Shown: positions 1 to 10,008, counted from the stretch's first letter. The stretch is 32,000 nt of DNA from Delftia acidovorans NBRC 14950 (GCF_001598795.1 NZ_BCZP01000009.1:150001-182000); one strand, 5' to 3'. The notes: a model not told the origin generated them from the letters alone. Numbers and translations are program-made.

Positions 1-82
1 GGGCCGAGACCAGGACGGTGGGGCCGTGGTTGATCAGCCGGTAGGACTTGGCGAGATCGACCGGGGCGATATGCGGGTTCAT
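1..82 (-). CDS. flavin reductase-like protein, N-terminal fragment (runs off window start)
   Basis: Minus-strand ATG at 80-82 preceded by AGGAA. It reads MNPHIAPVDLAKSYRLINHGPTVLVSA, which resembles the N-terminus of FMN-binding split-barrel flavin reductases. Only 27 codons are visible. Confidence 0.4.
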   Translation of the reverse strand, partial: MNPHIAPVDLAKSYRLINHGPTVLVSA

Positions 83-129
83 GCAGGGGTTCCTGAAGGG
101 TTCTGTTTTTGCGCGTGCAGGCGCCAAGT

Positions 130-762
130 TCATTCGGCCAGCGCCTCGGAAACCACGATATGGACGCCGGGCCTGGCGTTGACAGCTGCCTCTATCAAAG
201 CCTGGGCAATGCGGTGCGCGGGGTTGAGCCGCCAGCGCCGGGGCAGCAGCGGGCCCAGGGCGCCAAGAACGCCGACCATGGCGCGCTCGCCCGCGCGGTG
301 TTCGGTGCGCGGGCCGCTGATCAGGCCGGGGCGCACGAAGGTGAGCGATGCGAAGCCCTGGCTTTGCAGGTCGCGCTCGAGCTCACCCTTGACGCGGTTG
401 TAGAAGATGCGCGAGCCAGCGTCGGCGCCCATGGCCGAGTTCAGCACATAGGTGGGCGTGCCGTGGCGATGGGCCAGGCGGGCGGCCAGCAGCGGATAGT
501 CATGGTCCACACGCTGAAAAGCCGGCTGGCTGCCGGCTGTCTTGATGGTGGTGCCCAGGGTGCAGACCAGGGCATCTGCTCGCCACCAGTCGGCATCTTC
601 GGGCAGGTGCTCGAAATCGACGATGGGGGCGAGCAGCCTGGGATGCGCCGGCAGCGCCCGGCGTACCGGGGCTACGATGCGGGTGATGCGGCTGTCGGCC
701 AGGGCCTGTTGCAGCACCTGGCTGCCCACCAGCCCCGTGGCGCCCACGATCAGTAGTTGCAT
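130..762 (-). CDS. NAD(P)H-binding oxidoreductase (atypical SDR / NmrA-HTATIP2-like)
   Basis: 210-aa ORF with an N-terminal Rossmann motif (MQLLIVGATGLVGSQV). Size and layout are typical of this family. Confidence 0.7.
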   Translation of the reverse strand: MQLLIVGATGLVGSQVLQQALADSRITRIVAPVRRALPAHPRLLAPIVDFEHLPEDADWWRADALVCTLGTTIKTAGSQPAFQRVDHDYPLLAARLAHRHGTPTYVLNSAMGADAGSRIFYNRVKGELERDLQSQGFASLTFVRPGLISGPRTEHRAGERAMVGVLGALGPLLPRRWRLNPAHRIAQALIEAAVNARPGVHIVVSEALAE

Positions 763-840
763 GGCTTGGTCTTTCGATGGGTCATTCGATGAGGACGCAG
801 GTCAGCCAGTGTGCCGCAGATCGTGGGGTGGATGGCCGGC

Positions 841-1941
<1,101 letters not shown>

Positions 1942-2007
1942 GGTGTGCAGTGGTGGTGGTTGAACAAAAAGGAAGAGGGATGGGTAAAGGGTGTAGGTTT
2001 TAAAGTT

Positions 2008-2025
2008 GACCAGTCGTCTACAAAC
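2008..2025. promoter_or_regulatory. candidate TetR operator copy 1 (GACCAGTCGTCTACAAAC), upstream of the OYE reductase gene
   Basis: An identical 18-mer recurs at 2664..2681 upstream of the TetR gene. Its core GACCAGTCGTC is an imperfect palindrome. Confidence 0.45.
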
Positions 2026-2056
2026 AAGGCAAATAAAAAGTAGCGGCCCGGCCTGC

Positions 2057-2638
2057 TCAGCCCAGCAGCCGCTTCGTGGACACAAGGGCTGCGGCAAATG
2101 GCTCCTCATGCCGGCCCAGCTTGGACAGCAGGGAGGCGCCCAGCCACAACTGGTACAGCGATTCAGCCAGCGCAGGCGCGTCCAGGTCGGATGTGATGGA
2201 GCCATCGGCCTGGCCGGCGCGCACGCAGTCGGTCAGCCGGGTGATGATGGCGTCGGTGCCAGTGCGCAGCACCGAGCGCATGTCGTCGGACAGGTCGCAG
2301 ACCTCGGGGCCCAGCTTGACCACGAGGCACTGGCCTCCTGCATGGGCCGAGCACTGGTTCTGCGTCCAATGGCGGAAGTAGGTCATCAGCCGGGAGATGG
2401 CCGGATCGGGCGTCTCCATGAGCGCATCGATCTTGGCCAGGTACTCGTCGAAGTACTCCTGCAGCAGGGCCTGGCCGAACTCTTCCTTGGACTTGAAGTA
2501 GTAGTAGAAGGAGCCCTTGGGCACGCCCGCAGCCGCGACGACCTCGGCCAGGCCGACGGCCGTATAGCCTTTCTGGGTCATCAACGCCTTGGCCACATCA
2601 AGGATGTGCTGGCGTGTTTCCTGTGCGGGTTTCTTCAT
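2057..2638 (-). CDS. TetR/AcrR family transcriptional regulator
   Basis: ORF 2057..2758 trimmed to the ATG at 2638 (MKKPAQETRQHILDVAKALMTQKGYTAVGLAEVVAAAGVPKGSFYYYFKSKEEF). This is a canonical TetR HTH N-terminus. Confidence 0.85.
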   Translation of the reverse strand: MKKPAQETRQHILDVAKALMTQKGYTAVGLAEVVAAAGVPKGSFYYYFKSKEEFGQALLQEYFDEYLAKIDALMETPDPAISRLMTYFRHWTQNQCSAHAGGQCLVVKLGPEVCDLSDDMRSVLRTGTDAIITRLTDCVRAGQADGSITSDLDAPALAESLYQLWLGASLLSKLGRHEEPFAAALVSTKRLLG

Positions 2639-2663
2639 GGGATCGAAGTCTAACGTAAAAACC

Positions 2664-2681
2664 GACCAGTCGTCTACAAAC
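2664..2681. promoter_or_regulatory. candidate TetR operator copy 2 (GACCAGTCGTCTACAAAC), upstream of the TetR gene
   Basis: Exact repeat of 2008..2025, lying 26 nt upstream of the TetR start. Confidence 0.45.
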
Positions 2682-2693
2682 TTTGTTCCCGAG

Positions 2694-3644
2694 TCATTCC
2701 TGCGGTGGCAAGGCCTGTGCCGTGTCGGGCAAGTCACCCGGCCGGATGATGCGCGCAAGGCCCATCCTGTCGCTCAGAAAGTCGATCAAGGCCCGGGCGG
2801 CGCCGGACTGGAATCGGTTGGGCATGTACAGCATGAACATGCGGCCCTGGTTGATGCTGAATTCGTAGTCCTGCATGGCCAGCACGACGCGGCCATCTTC
2901 CACCTGGCGGCGCACCATGTAGTCGGGCACCAGCCCCACGCCTAAACCGCCAGTGATGCAGTCGCACAGGAAAGGGTAGCTGCGCGACATCAGCGTGGGC
3001 GTGATGTCCAGCTCCTCCAGCGGCTGGCCGTTCCGCGCGATCTGCAGGCGCACCTTGCCGCTTTCTCCGCCCGATGTGATGAGCGGCGTGCGCGACAGCT
3101 CGGACGGTGTCTCCGGCAGGCGGTGGCTGCGCAGCCAGTCGCTGGAGGCGCACAGGCTGTAGCGCACCGGCCCCATGTCGCGCGCCACCAGCATGGGTGG
3201 CGGGTCGGACATGACGCGGATGGCGATGTCCACGCTGTCCTTGAGCAGGTTGTCTATGAAGTTCTCCAGGCGGATGTCCAGCACCACCTGCGGATGGGCG
3301 CGCTTGAACTCGATCAGCCACGGCGCCATGACCAGGTGGCCGTAGCCGGTGGGCACGCTCAGCCCGATCTTTCCCGAGATGCCGTCCGTGCTGCTTTGGG
3401 CCAGCTCGCGCACCAGTTCGGTCTCGTTGAGGATGTTGCGCGCATGGCGGTAGATGCGCTGGCCGACCTCGGTGGCCTCTACGCCCTGGGGTGTTCTGCG
3501 CAGCAGCGATGCGCCAAGGGACTTCTCCAGCCGGGCCAGGTGGTAGCTCACGTTGGCCCGCGACATGTTCAAGAACTTTGCCGCCTGGCTCAGGTTTCCG
3601 TGCTCGATGATCTGGACAAGGATGTTGAATGCCAGGAGATCCAT
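2694..3644 (-). CDS. LysR family transcriptional regulator
   Basis: 316 aa. N-terminal wHTH FNILVQIIEHGNLSQAAKFLNMSRANVSYHLARLEKSLGASLLRR. Divergent from the TctC-like/acyl-CoA synthetase pair. Confidence 0.9.
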   Translation of the reverse strand: MDLLAFNILVQIIEHGNLSQAAKFLNMSRANVSYHLARLEKSLGASLLRRTPQGVEATEVGQRIYRHARNILNETELVRELAQSSTDGISGKIGLSVPTGYGHLVMAPWLIEFKRAHPQVVLDIRLENFIDNLLKDSVDIAIRVMSDPPPMLVARDMGPVRYSLCASSDWLRSHRLPETPSELSRTPLITSGGESGKVRLQIARNGQPLEELDITPTLMSRSYPFLCDCITGGLGVGLVPDYMVRRQVEDGRVVLAMQDYEFSINQGRMFMLYMPNRFQSGAARALIDFLSDRMGLARIIRPGDLPDTAQALPPQE

Positions 3645-3663
3645 GCGTTGCGGTCCAAGGGGG

Positions 3664-3690
3664 TGTCAATATTGTTTGACATGATGTCAA
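3664..3690. promoter_or_regulatory. inverted repeat TGTCAA-N6-TTGACA plus a third TGTCAA; candidate LysR-type binding site
   Basis: Located in the 123-bp divergent intergenic region between the LysR gene and the TctC-like gene. Function is inferred from position only. Confidence 0.3.
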
Positions 3691-3767
3691 CCGCCGCCGC
3701 CATTGTCAAAGAGAGTGCGCTGGGCAGAATGGGCCAGCCAGAACACATAAACACTCAAGGAGACAAG

Positions 3768-4784
3768 ATGGCAGGCATCACAAAAAGACAGGCGTTGGCC
3801 AAGGGCATGGCGCTGGGCGCCATCGGCATGGCTGCGTTCGCATCGCTGTGCGGCGCGGCGCAGGCCAATACCGATACCGGCGCCTGGCCCGACAGACCGA
3901 TCCGCCTGGTCGTTCCCTTCCCGCCGGGCGGACCCACCGATGGCGCGGCGCGCGTCTACGCCGAGGCGCTGGCGCGCCAGCTGGGCCAGCCCGTGGTGAT
4001 AGAGAACAAGCCCGGCGCATCGGGCGCGGTGGCGGCAGGCCAGTTCCGCACGGCAGCGCCTGACGGCTATACGCTGATGATGATGGTCACGCCCACCATC
4101 ATGGCGCCGCATTTCTTCAAGAACGTCAAGTTCCACCCGGCCACGGATTTCGCCCCGGTCACCAAGATCTATGACTTGCCCAATGTGATTGCGGTCAATG
4201 CGCAGTCGCTGCCCAAGGTGACGGACCTCAAATCGCTGTTTCAGTACGCCAAGGCGCAGCCCGCCACGCTGGACTACACCAGCTCCGGCGCGGGCAGCTC
4301 GGGCCACCTGAGCATGGAACTGATGAAATCCGCCAAGCTGCACACCATGCAGCACGTGGCCTACAAGGGCAGCGCGCCCGCCATGAACGACACGCTGGGC
4401 GGCGTGGTGCCGGTGATCTATGCGGACATGGTGTCTGCGCTGCCCCATATCCGCAGCGGGCGGCTGAGGGCACTGGCCGTGGGCACGCCGCAGCGCGTGA
4501 AGGCGCTGGACGGCGTGCAGACCATGGCCGAGCAGGGCTTTGGCGGCTATGAGGCATCGTCCTGGGGCGGCCTGGTGGCACCCAGGGACACGCCGCGCGC
4601 CATCATCGACAAGCTCAGCGCCACCTCGCGCCAGCTGCTGGCCACCGACGAGGTGCGCGACCGTTTCGAGAAGATCGGCGTGGCGGCCGCCTACCTCAAC
4701 CCCCAGGACACCGAGGGCCTGATCCGCAGCGACTACACGCGCTGGGGCGAGGTGGTGCGCACCAACGGCCTGGGCGCGGAGTGA
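3768..4784 (+). CDS. Bug/TctC family tripartite tricarboxylate transporter substrate-binding protein
   Basis: ATG at 3768 follows AAGGAGA. Signal peptide is present, followed by RLVVPFPPGGPTDGAARVYAEALARQLGQPVVIENKPGASG, typical of the Bug family. Confidence 0.85.
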   Translation: MAGITKRQALAKGMALGAIGMAAFASLCGAAQANTDTGAWPDRPIRLVVPFPPGGPTDGAARVYAEALARQLGQPVVIENKPGASGAVAAGQFRTAAPDGYTLMMMVTPTIMAPHFFKNVKFHPATDFAPVTKIYDLPNVIAVNAQSLPKVTDLKSLFQYAKAQPATLDYTSSGAGSSGHLSMELMKSAKLHTMQHVAYKGSAPAMNDTLGGVVPVIYADMVSALPHIRSGRLRALAVGTPQRVKALDGVQTMAEQGFGGYEASSWGGLVAPRDTPRAIIDKLSATSRQLLATDEVRDRFEKIGVAAAYLNPQDTEGLIRSDYTRWGEVVRTNGLGAE

Positions 4785-4788
4785 ATCC

Positions 4789-6705
4789 ATGGCCATGAGT
4801 CCTATCCCTGCGCAATCCATGTTCCGGCCCCTGCGGGCCGTTTGCAGCCTGGCCGATGTCGAAGCCATCGAAAGCCGGCCCATGGCGCAACTGATCACCG
4901 CGACTTCGGTCTACGACCTCTTTTGCAACTCCGAGCGTGAGCACGGCCAGGGCAGGGCGCTGAGCTTTCTGCCCCAGGCCGGCAGCGTGGATGATGCCCG
5001 GCACCTGAGCTATGCCGAACTGCTTGGCAAGATCCACCAGACGGCCAATGCCCTGCATGCGCTGGGCATGGGCGCCAGCGACACGGTGGCCATCCTGCTG
5101 CCCGGCTGCATGGAGTACCACTTTGCGCTGTGGGGCGGCGAGGCGGCGGGCATCGTGCAGCCCATCAATCCGCTGCTGAGTGCCGAGAAGATCTCTGCCC
5201 TGATGCGGACCACGGGCGCGCGCTTTCTGATCGCCTGGGCGGACGAGGACGATGCCGGCATCCGCGAGAAAGTCATGGCGCTGGATGCGGACCTGGCGCA
5301 TGTGCTCTGGGTCTCGCATGAAGGTCGCGTTCCCCAGGGGGATGGACAGCGCTGGCCCGCCAGCGATCTGCATGCCGCCCTGGCCGCCCAGCCCTCCGAC
5401 TGGTTGGTGAGCGGGCGCCAGCCCCAGGCCGGCGACGTGGCGGCCTATTTTCATACCGGGGGCACCACGGGTGCGCCCAAGATTGCCGTGCAGACGCATG
5501 GCGCCCAGGTCTACACCGCCTGGGCCAGCGTGCAGATGCAGGGCCTGAACACGGCCGACCGCACCATCAACGGCTACCCGCTGTTCCATGTGGCGGGCGT
5601 GCTGCCGGGCTCGCTGGCCTGCTTCTCGGCCGGGGCCCACGTCATCATTCCGACCACGGGGCTGTTTCGCAACAAGGCCGTGATTGCCGGCTTCTGGCGC
5701 ATGGCGGCACAGTGGAAGCCCACGCTGATGTCGGCCGTGCCCACGGTGCTGGCCGCGCTGGTGGAGGTGCCGCTGCAGGGGGCCGATGTGTCCTCCATCC
5801 GCTACTTCCGCACGGGCGCCGCGCCGCTGTCGCCCGAGGTGGCGGCGCGCTTCAAGACGCACAGCGGCTTCCATGTGCACGAGAGCCTGGGCATGACCGA
5901 GATGACGGGCATCTCCACCATCACGCCGCCCGGTCTGCACGCGGCGGCCGGACATGTGGGCCTGCGCCTGCCGTTTGCGCGCCTGGCCGTGCGCCGCATG
6001 GGGCCGGACGGCAGGCCATCGAGCCAGGAAGCGGCGGCCGGCGAAACCGGCATGGTGGTGTTCCAGTCGCCCAACCTGTTTTCCGGGTACCTGGGTGGCA
6101 TCGCGCCGTCCAGCTACCTCACCGATGACGGCTGGCTGATCACGGGGGACCTGGGCTCGGTCGGCGACGATGGCCTGCTGCGGCTGCGCGGGCGTTCCAA
6201 GGACGTGATCATCCGCAGCGGCCACAACATCGATCCGCAGGTGATAGAGCAGGCGCTGGAGCGCCATCCCGCCGTCAATGCCTGCGCCGCCGTGGGCGCG
6301 CCCGATGCCTATGCGGGCGAGGTGCCTGTGGCCTTTGTCGCTCTCCACCCCGGCGCTCAGGCCGATGAGACCGAACTGCTGGCCTTTGCCGCAGCCGGCG
6401 TGGACGAAGCGCCTGCGCGCCCGCGCTATGTGCGCATCATCGATGCGCTGCCCACCACCAACGTGGGCAAGGTCTACAAGCCGCGCCTGCGCAGCATGGC
6501 AGCAGAAATCTACGCCCGCACCCTGGTCGCCCAGGCGCATGAGCGCATGGGCCTGCCGCTGCCGCCCGCCGACAGCACCACGCATGCGGAAGGCGAGGGC
6601 TTTGTGCTGCGCCCGGCCAGGGCGGCTGACCGGAGCCCTTGGGAGCGGGCCGCCGAGGCGCTGGCCTTCACGGGCGAGCCGGTGCGCATCGAGGATGCCG
6701 CCTGA
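4789..6705 (+). CDS. AMP-forming acyl-CoA synthetase / ligase (ANL superfamily)
   Basis: 638 aa. AMP-binding motif YFHTGGTTGAPKIAV and a C-terminal GKVYKPRLR. Starts 4 nt after the TctC-like stop. Confidence 0.85.
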   Translation: MAMSPIPAQSMFRPLRAVCSLADVEAIESRPMAQLITATSVYDLFCNSEREHGQGRALSFLPQAGSVDDARHLSYAELLGKIHQTANALHALGMGASDTVAILLPGCMEYHFALWGGEAAGIVQPINPLLSAEKISALMRTTGARFLIAWADEDDAGIREKVMALDADLAHVLWVSHEGRVPQGDGQRWPASDLHAALAAQPSDWLVSGRQPQAGDVAAYFHTGGTTGAPKIAVQTHGAQVYTAWASVQMQGLNTADRTINGYPLFHVAGVLPGSLACFSAGAHVIIPTTGLFRNKAVIAGFWRMAAQWKPTLMSAVPTVLAALVEVPLQGADVSSIRYFRTGAAPLSPEVAARFKTHSGFHVHESLGMTEMTGISTITPPGLHAAAGHVGLRLPFARLAVRRMGPDGRPSSQEAAAGETGMVVFQSPNLFSGYLGGIAPSSYLTDDGWLITGDLGSVGDDGLLRLRGRSKDVIIRSGHNIDPQVIEQALERHPAVNACAAVGAPDAYAGEVPVAFVALHPGAQADETELLAFAAAGVDEAPARPRYVRIIDALPTTNVGKVYKPRLRSMAAEIYARTLVAQAHERMGLPLPPADSTTHAEGEGFVLRPARAADRSPWERAAEALAFTGEPVRIEDAA

Positions 6706-6770
6706 ACACTGGGCCGGACCCCATTGCAGACACCTGATGAACTGCGGCGGGGTGGTGCGCAATGCGCATA

Positions 6771-6803
6771 GAATGCAAACCATTCGCATTCAATAATCAA
6801 TGC
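6771..6803. promoter_or_regulatory. nested palindromes GAATGC-N9-GCATTC and GCATT-N8-AATGC (AATAATCAAT core); candidate metal-regulator box
   Basis: Seen directly in the intergenic region upstream of the DUF4198 gene. There is a partial resemblance to Fur-type AT-rich boxes. No regulator assignment is possible. Confidence 0.25.
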
Positions 6804-6843
6804 GGCGACATGCGGCCGCACCCCACTCCCCAAGCACGTTCAT

Positions 6844-6880
6844 GCCGTCGGCCCGTTGTGGCGTCGACGGCTGTTTTTTT
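6844..6880 (+). terminator. rho-independent terminator-like hairpin
   Basis: GCCGTCG ... CGACGGC stem followed by TGTTTTTTT. It lies 139 nt after the acyl-CoA synthetase stop and 20 nt before the DUF4198 start. Confidence 0.5.
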
Positions 6881-6899
6881 GTCCTTTGAGGAAGCTGCA

Positions 6900-7628
6900 A
6901 TGAAGAAACACTGGATTCTTGTCTCCGCACTCCTGGCCGCCAGCGGCGCCAGCCAGGCCCACCAGATCTGGCTGGAACAGCCGGCCGGCGAAACCGCCGT
7001 GATCCGCTTTGGCGAGTTTGGCGACAACCTGCGCGAGACATCGCCGGGCCTGCTCGACAAGTTCGGCAAGCCAGTGGCCACCCTGGTGTCTGCCCAGGGC
7101 GAGAAGGCGGCCGATGGCCGCAAGACCGGCACCGGCTTTGCGCTGCCCTTCAAGGCCGGCCAGGGCGACAGCATCGTGGCCGAGGATGCCGGCTACCCGC
7201 TGTACACCAGCAAGAAGGGCGAGCAGGAACTGCGCAACTGGTACCACCCGGCCGCGCGCCTGATCACCGGCTTTGCTGCCCAGGCCCCGCGCCTCACGCT
7301 GGATGTGGTGCCCTCGGGCAAGGCCGGCGAGTTCAAGGTCATCTACAAGGGCCAGCCGCTGCCCAAGGCCAAGGTCGTGCTGACCGTGCAATCGGGCTGG
7401 AGCAAGGAAGCCCATGCCGACGAGCAGGGCCTGGTGCAGTTCGACATGCCCTGGAAGGGCACCTACGTGGCCGAAGCCACGCACGACGAGCGCAGCGGCG
7501 GTGAGCGCACCGGCCCGAACGGTGCAGAAAAATACGACGGTGTGCACTATGTGACCTCGGTCACCTATGTCAAGCCTGAAGGCGTGGCGCCCATCGCTGC
7601 CGGCCCTGCGGCCAAGCCCAACAAGTAA
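6900..7628 (+). CDS. DUF4198-like periplasmic protein (metal-uptake associated family)
   Basis: ORF 6762..7628 trimmed to the ATG at 6900 after GAGGAAG. Signal peptide MKKHWILVSALLAASGASQA is followed by HQIWLEQ, typical of the mature N-terminus of DUF4198 proteins. Confidence 0.6.
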   Translation: MKKHWILVSALLAASGASQAHQIWLEQPAGETAVIRFGEFGDNLRETSPGLLDKFGKPVATLVSAQGEKAADGRKTGTGFALPFKAGQGDSIVAEDAGYPLYTSKKGEQELRNWYHPAARLITGFAAQAPRLTLDVVPSGKAGEFKVIYKGQPLPKAKVVLTVQSGWSKEAHADEQGLVQFDMPWKGTYVAEATHDERSGGERTGPNGAEKYDGVHYVTSVTYVKPEGVAPIAAGPAAKPNK

Positions 7629-7679
7629 GCGCTGCGGCCAAACACCTTGGCCCCAGACGCAGGCAGCCATGCCTGCCGG

Positions 7680-7710
7680 CCTCCATGCCTCATGCATGGA
7701 GGCTTTTTTA
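7680..7710 (+). terminator. rho-independent terminator
   Basis: CCTCCATG (7680-7687) pairs with CATGGAGG (7695-7702), followed by CTTTTTTA. Confidence 0.6.
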
Positions 7711-7751
7711 TGGGCGCTGCAGTAGGAACACATGGGTGGGTGCGGGATTCG

Positions 7752-7800
7752 TCGTATACGATTGAATATTTCGTAAAGAGAGGGGCGTTGGCTCAACGCC
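7752..7800. promoter_or_regulatory. perfect palindrome TCGTATACGA (7752-7761) and hairpin GGCGTTG-GCT-CAACGCC (7784-7800) upstream of modA
   Basis: Seen directly. The TATA-rich palindrome is loosely ModE-operator-like. The hairpin sits just before the GGAGG RBS. Confidence 0.25.
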
Positions 7801-7821
7801 GCGTTCTAGAGGAGGAAATCC

Positions 7822-8562
7822 ATGTTCAAACGCATACGGTCCCGCGGCCTGGCGCCGCTCCTGGCGCTGTTGTTGGCTGGCTCGGCCAGTCTGGCCCATG
7901 CCGATGAAGGCCTGCTGCTGGCCGCTGGCGCCGGCTACCGCAAGCCCGTGCTGGAACTGCTGCATGCCTTCAGCCAGGCCACGGGCATTCGCGCCGAGGC
8001 CAGCTTTGGCAACATGAAGCAGATCGAGACCCAGGCCCGCCAGAACCCCGAGATCGCCGTGCTGATCGGCGACCGCGCCTTTGTCGAGCCCATGCAACTG
8101 GCCGAGCGCTACATCACGCTGGGCCAGGGCCAGCTGGTGCTGGTCGCCGCGCGCGGCCAGCGCCTGGAAAGCGTGCAGGACCTGGCCAGGCCCGAATTCA
8201 AGCGCATTGCCATCGCCGACCGCAGCAAGGCCGTGTACGGCAACGCGGCGCGCATCTGCCTGGAGCGCCTGGGCCTGGCGCAGACGCTGGGCGAACGCCT
8301 GGTCGAAGTGGCCACGGTGCCCCAGGTCAGCGCCTATGTGACCACCGGCGAGGTGGACGCAGGCTTCGTCAACAAGACCGAGGCCCTGGCCCTGAAAGAC
8401 CGCGTGGGCGCCAGCGTGCCGGTGGCGGCCAGCTGCCATCCGCCCATCGAACTGAGCCTGGCCGTGCTCAAGGGCCGCGCCTCATCGCCGCAACTGCAGG
8501 CGCTGCTGGACTTCATCGCCACGCCGCAGGCCCGCCAGGTGCTGGAGCGGCACGGCCTTTGA
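7822..8562 (+). CDS. modA: molybdate ABC transporter periplasmic substrate-binding protein
   Basis: 246 aa with a signal peptide. ModA-type layout (LLLAAGAGYRKPVLELL..., ...VPQVSAYVTTGEVDAGFV...). Confidence 0.8.
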   Translation: MFKRIRSRGLAPLLALLLAGSASLAHADEGLLLAAGAGYRKPVLELLHAFSQATGIRAEASFGNMKQIETQARQNPEIAVLIGDRAFVEPMQLAERYITLGQGQLVLVAARGQRLESVQDLARPEFKRIAIADRSKAVYGNAARICLERLGLAQTLGERLVEVATVPQVSAYVTTGEVDAGFVNKTEALALKDRVGASVPVAASCHPPIELSLAVLKGRASSPQLQALLDFIATPQARQVLERHGL

Positions 8563-8597
8563 TGGGCCACCCATTGCCTGCTGGCAGCTGACAGTCC

Positions 8598-9263
8598 ATG
8601 ACCGCCTCCGTTTGCGCCCAGGCGCCGCTAGCCCTGACCGCGCATGTCATTGCCTGGAGCCTGCTGCTGCAATTGCTGGTGGGCGCAGGCCTGGGCTGGC
8701 TGCTGGCGCGGTGCCGGTTTGCGGGGCGCCAGCTGGTCGATGCACTGGTCAGCCTGCCGCTGGTGTTTCCGCCCATCGTGCTGGGCTATGGCCTGCTGGT
8801 GCTGCTGGGCCGGCAAGGGCTTGTCACCCAGATGCTGCCGGCCGTGCTGCGGCCCGACATCGTGTTTTCGCAAACTGGCCTGGTCATTGCGGCCTTCATT
8901 GCCGGGTTGCCGCTCATGGTCAAGCCCACGCAGGCCGCCTTTGCAGGCACTTCGCCACGCCTGCTGGAGGCGGCGGCCATGCTGGGGCACCGCCCCTGGT
9001 CGGTGTTCTGGCGCATCGAGCTGCCGCTGGCCCGGCGCGGCATTGCGGCCGGCCTGATCCTGTCGGGGGGCCGTGCGCTGGGCGAGGTCGGCCTGTCGCT
9101 CATGCTGGGCGGCAACATCAGCGGCCGGACGGAAACCCTGTCACTGGCCATCTACAACAACGTGCTGGATGGCAATCTGGCCTGCGCCAATCAGCTCTCT
9201 CTGATGCTGGGCGTGCTGGCCATGGCGGCCTTCATGGTGCTCAGGCGGTTTGGCGCGCTGTGA
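8598..9263 (+). CDS. modB: molybdate ABC transporter permease
   Basis: 221 aa, multi-TM. Has an EAA-like loop (LLEAAAMLGHRPWSVFWRIELPLARRGIAAG) and an LSLAIYN tail typical of ModB. Confidence 0.8.
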   Translation: MTASVCAQAPLALTAHVIAWSLLLQLLVGAGLGWLLARCRFAGRQLVDALVSLPLVFPPIVLGYGLLVLLGRQGLVTQMLPAVLRPDIVFSQTGLVIAAFIAGLPLMVKPTQAAFAGTSPRLLEAAAMLGHRPWSVFWRIELPLARRGIAAGLILSGGRALGEVGLSLMLGGNISGRTETLSLAIYNNVLDGNLACANQLSLMLGVLAMAAFMVLRRFGAL

Positions 9264-9294
9264 GCGGCCTGGCAGGGCGCAAGCTGGAAAGAAC

Positions 9295-10008
9295 TCAGGG
9301 CAGGAACGGCGAAGACAGCAGCCGCAAGCCGATGGAAAACCACCGCTCCTGCGTGCTGCTGCCGGCGCGATTGCCGTAGGTGGCATCGATCTGCACATGT
9401 CCAGGCACCAGCCAGTAGCGCAGGCCCATCTGGTAGAAGGGCTTGCCCTGGTTCTGGCCGAATGTCTCGGCAATCAGCCAGGTGCTCTGGCTCAATTGGG
9501 CCTCGGTGGCCAGGCCCCAGGTCATGAGGTTGCGATGCGCCTGCGCCGTGCGCAGCCAGCCCACGTTGGTGTGGAAGAACAGCCGGTCATCGCGCAGCGA
9601 GAACGTGACGGGCACATAGGCGTACAGATCCCCCCGGCCCTGGCCCTCGTCATTCGGATGCCGGGCATTGCCCACGGCCAGGCCCCAGCCCCAGCCATTG
9701 GGCTGCAGTTCCTTGAACAGGGTCTTGCCCTGGATCACCACATCCGTGGTCCGGCTGCTGCCGTCCTCTCGCGTGCGTGCCGCGCCCAGCGTCAGCTCCA
9801 GATTGCCCGTGAAATTGCAGGCCGGCTGCGCCCAGAACTCCGTGCTGTCCTTTTTGGACTTGACCCAGCTTTCCAGCTGGCAGGACTTGGCATCGACGAT
9901 GCGGGCATCGTCCGTGATCATGGGGCGAGCCGCGTAGGTCGGGCCGCTACCTAGGGCCGCTACCAGGCCCAGGGCTGCGGCCGTCCAAAGGGAGTGGGAA
10001 TTGCGCAT
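9295..10008 (-). CDS. outer-membrane beta-barrel protein (MetA-pathway/transporter-like family), with signal peptide
   Basis: ORF 9295..10086 trimmed to the ATG at 10008 (MRNSHSLWTAAALGLVAALGSGPTYA). The mature start RPMITDDARIV and alternating beta-strand pattern, ending ...IGLRLLSSPFLP, fit a small porin-like barrel. Confidence 0.45.
   Translation of the reverse strand: MRNSHSLWTAAALGLVAALGSGPTYAARPMITDDARIVDAKSCQLESWVKSKKDSTEFWAQPACNFTGNLELTLGAARTREDGSSRTTDVVIQGKTLFKELQPNGWGWGLAVGNARHPNDEGQGRGDLYAYVPVTFSLRDDRLFFHTNVGWLRTAQAHRNLMTWGLATEAQLSQSTWLIAETFGQNQGKPFYQMGLRYWLVPGHVQIDATYGNRAGSSTQERWFSIGLRLLSSPFLP

Noticed and set aside
3687-6789. Long minus-strand ORFs (3687-4898, 4696-6789) opposite the TctC-like and acyl-CoA synthetase genes
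   Set aside because: Arg/Ala/Gly-rich low-complexity translations. The + strand frames carry family signatures and proper RBS and spacing.
8612-9379. 255-aa alternative-frame ORF over modB
   Set aside because: Its translation is Ala/Gly/Arg/Pro-rich, whereas the 8598-9263 frame gives a coherent multi-TM permease.
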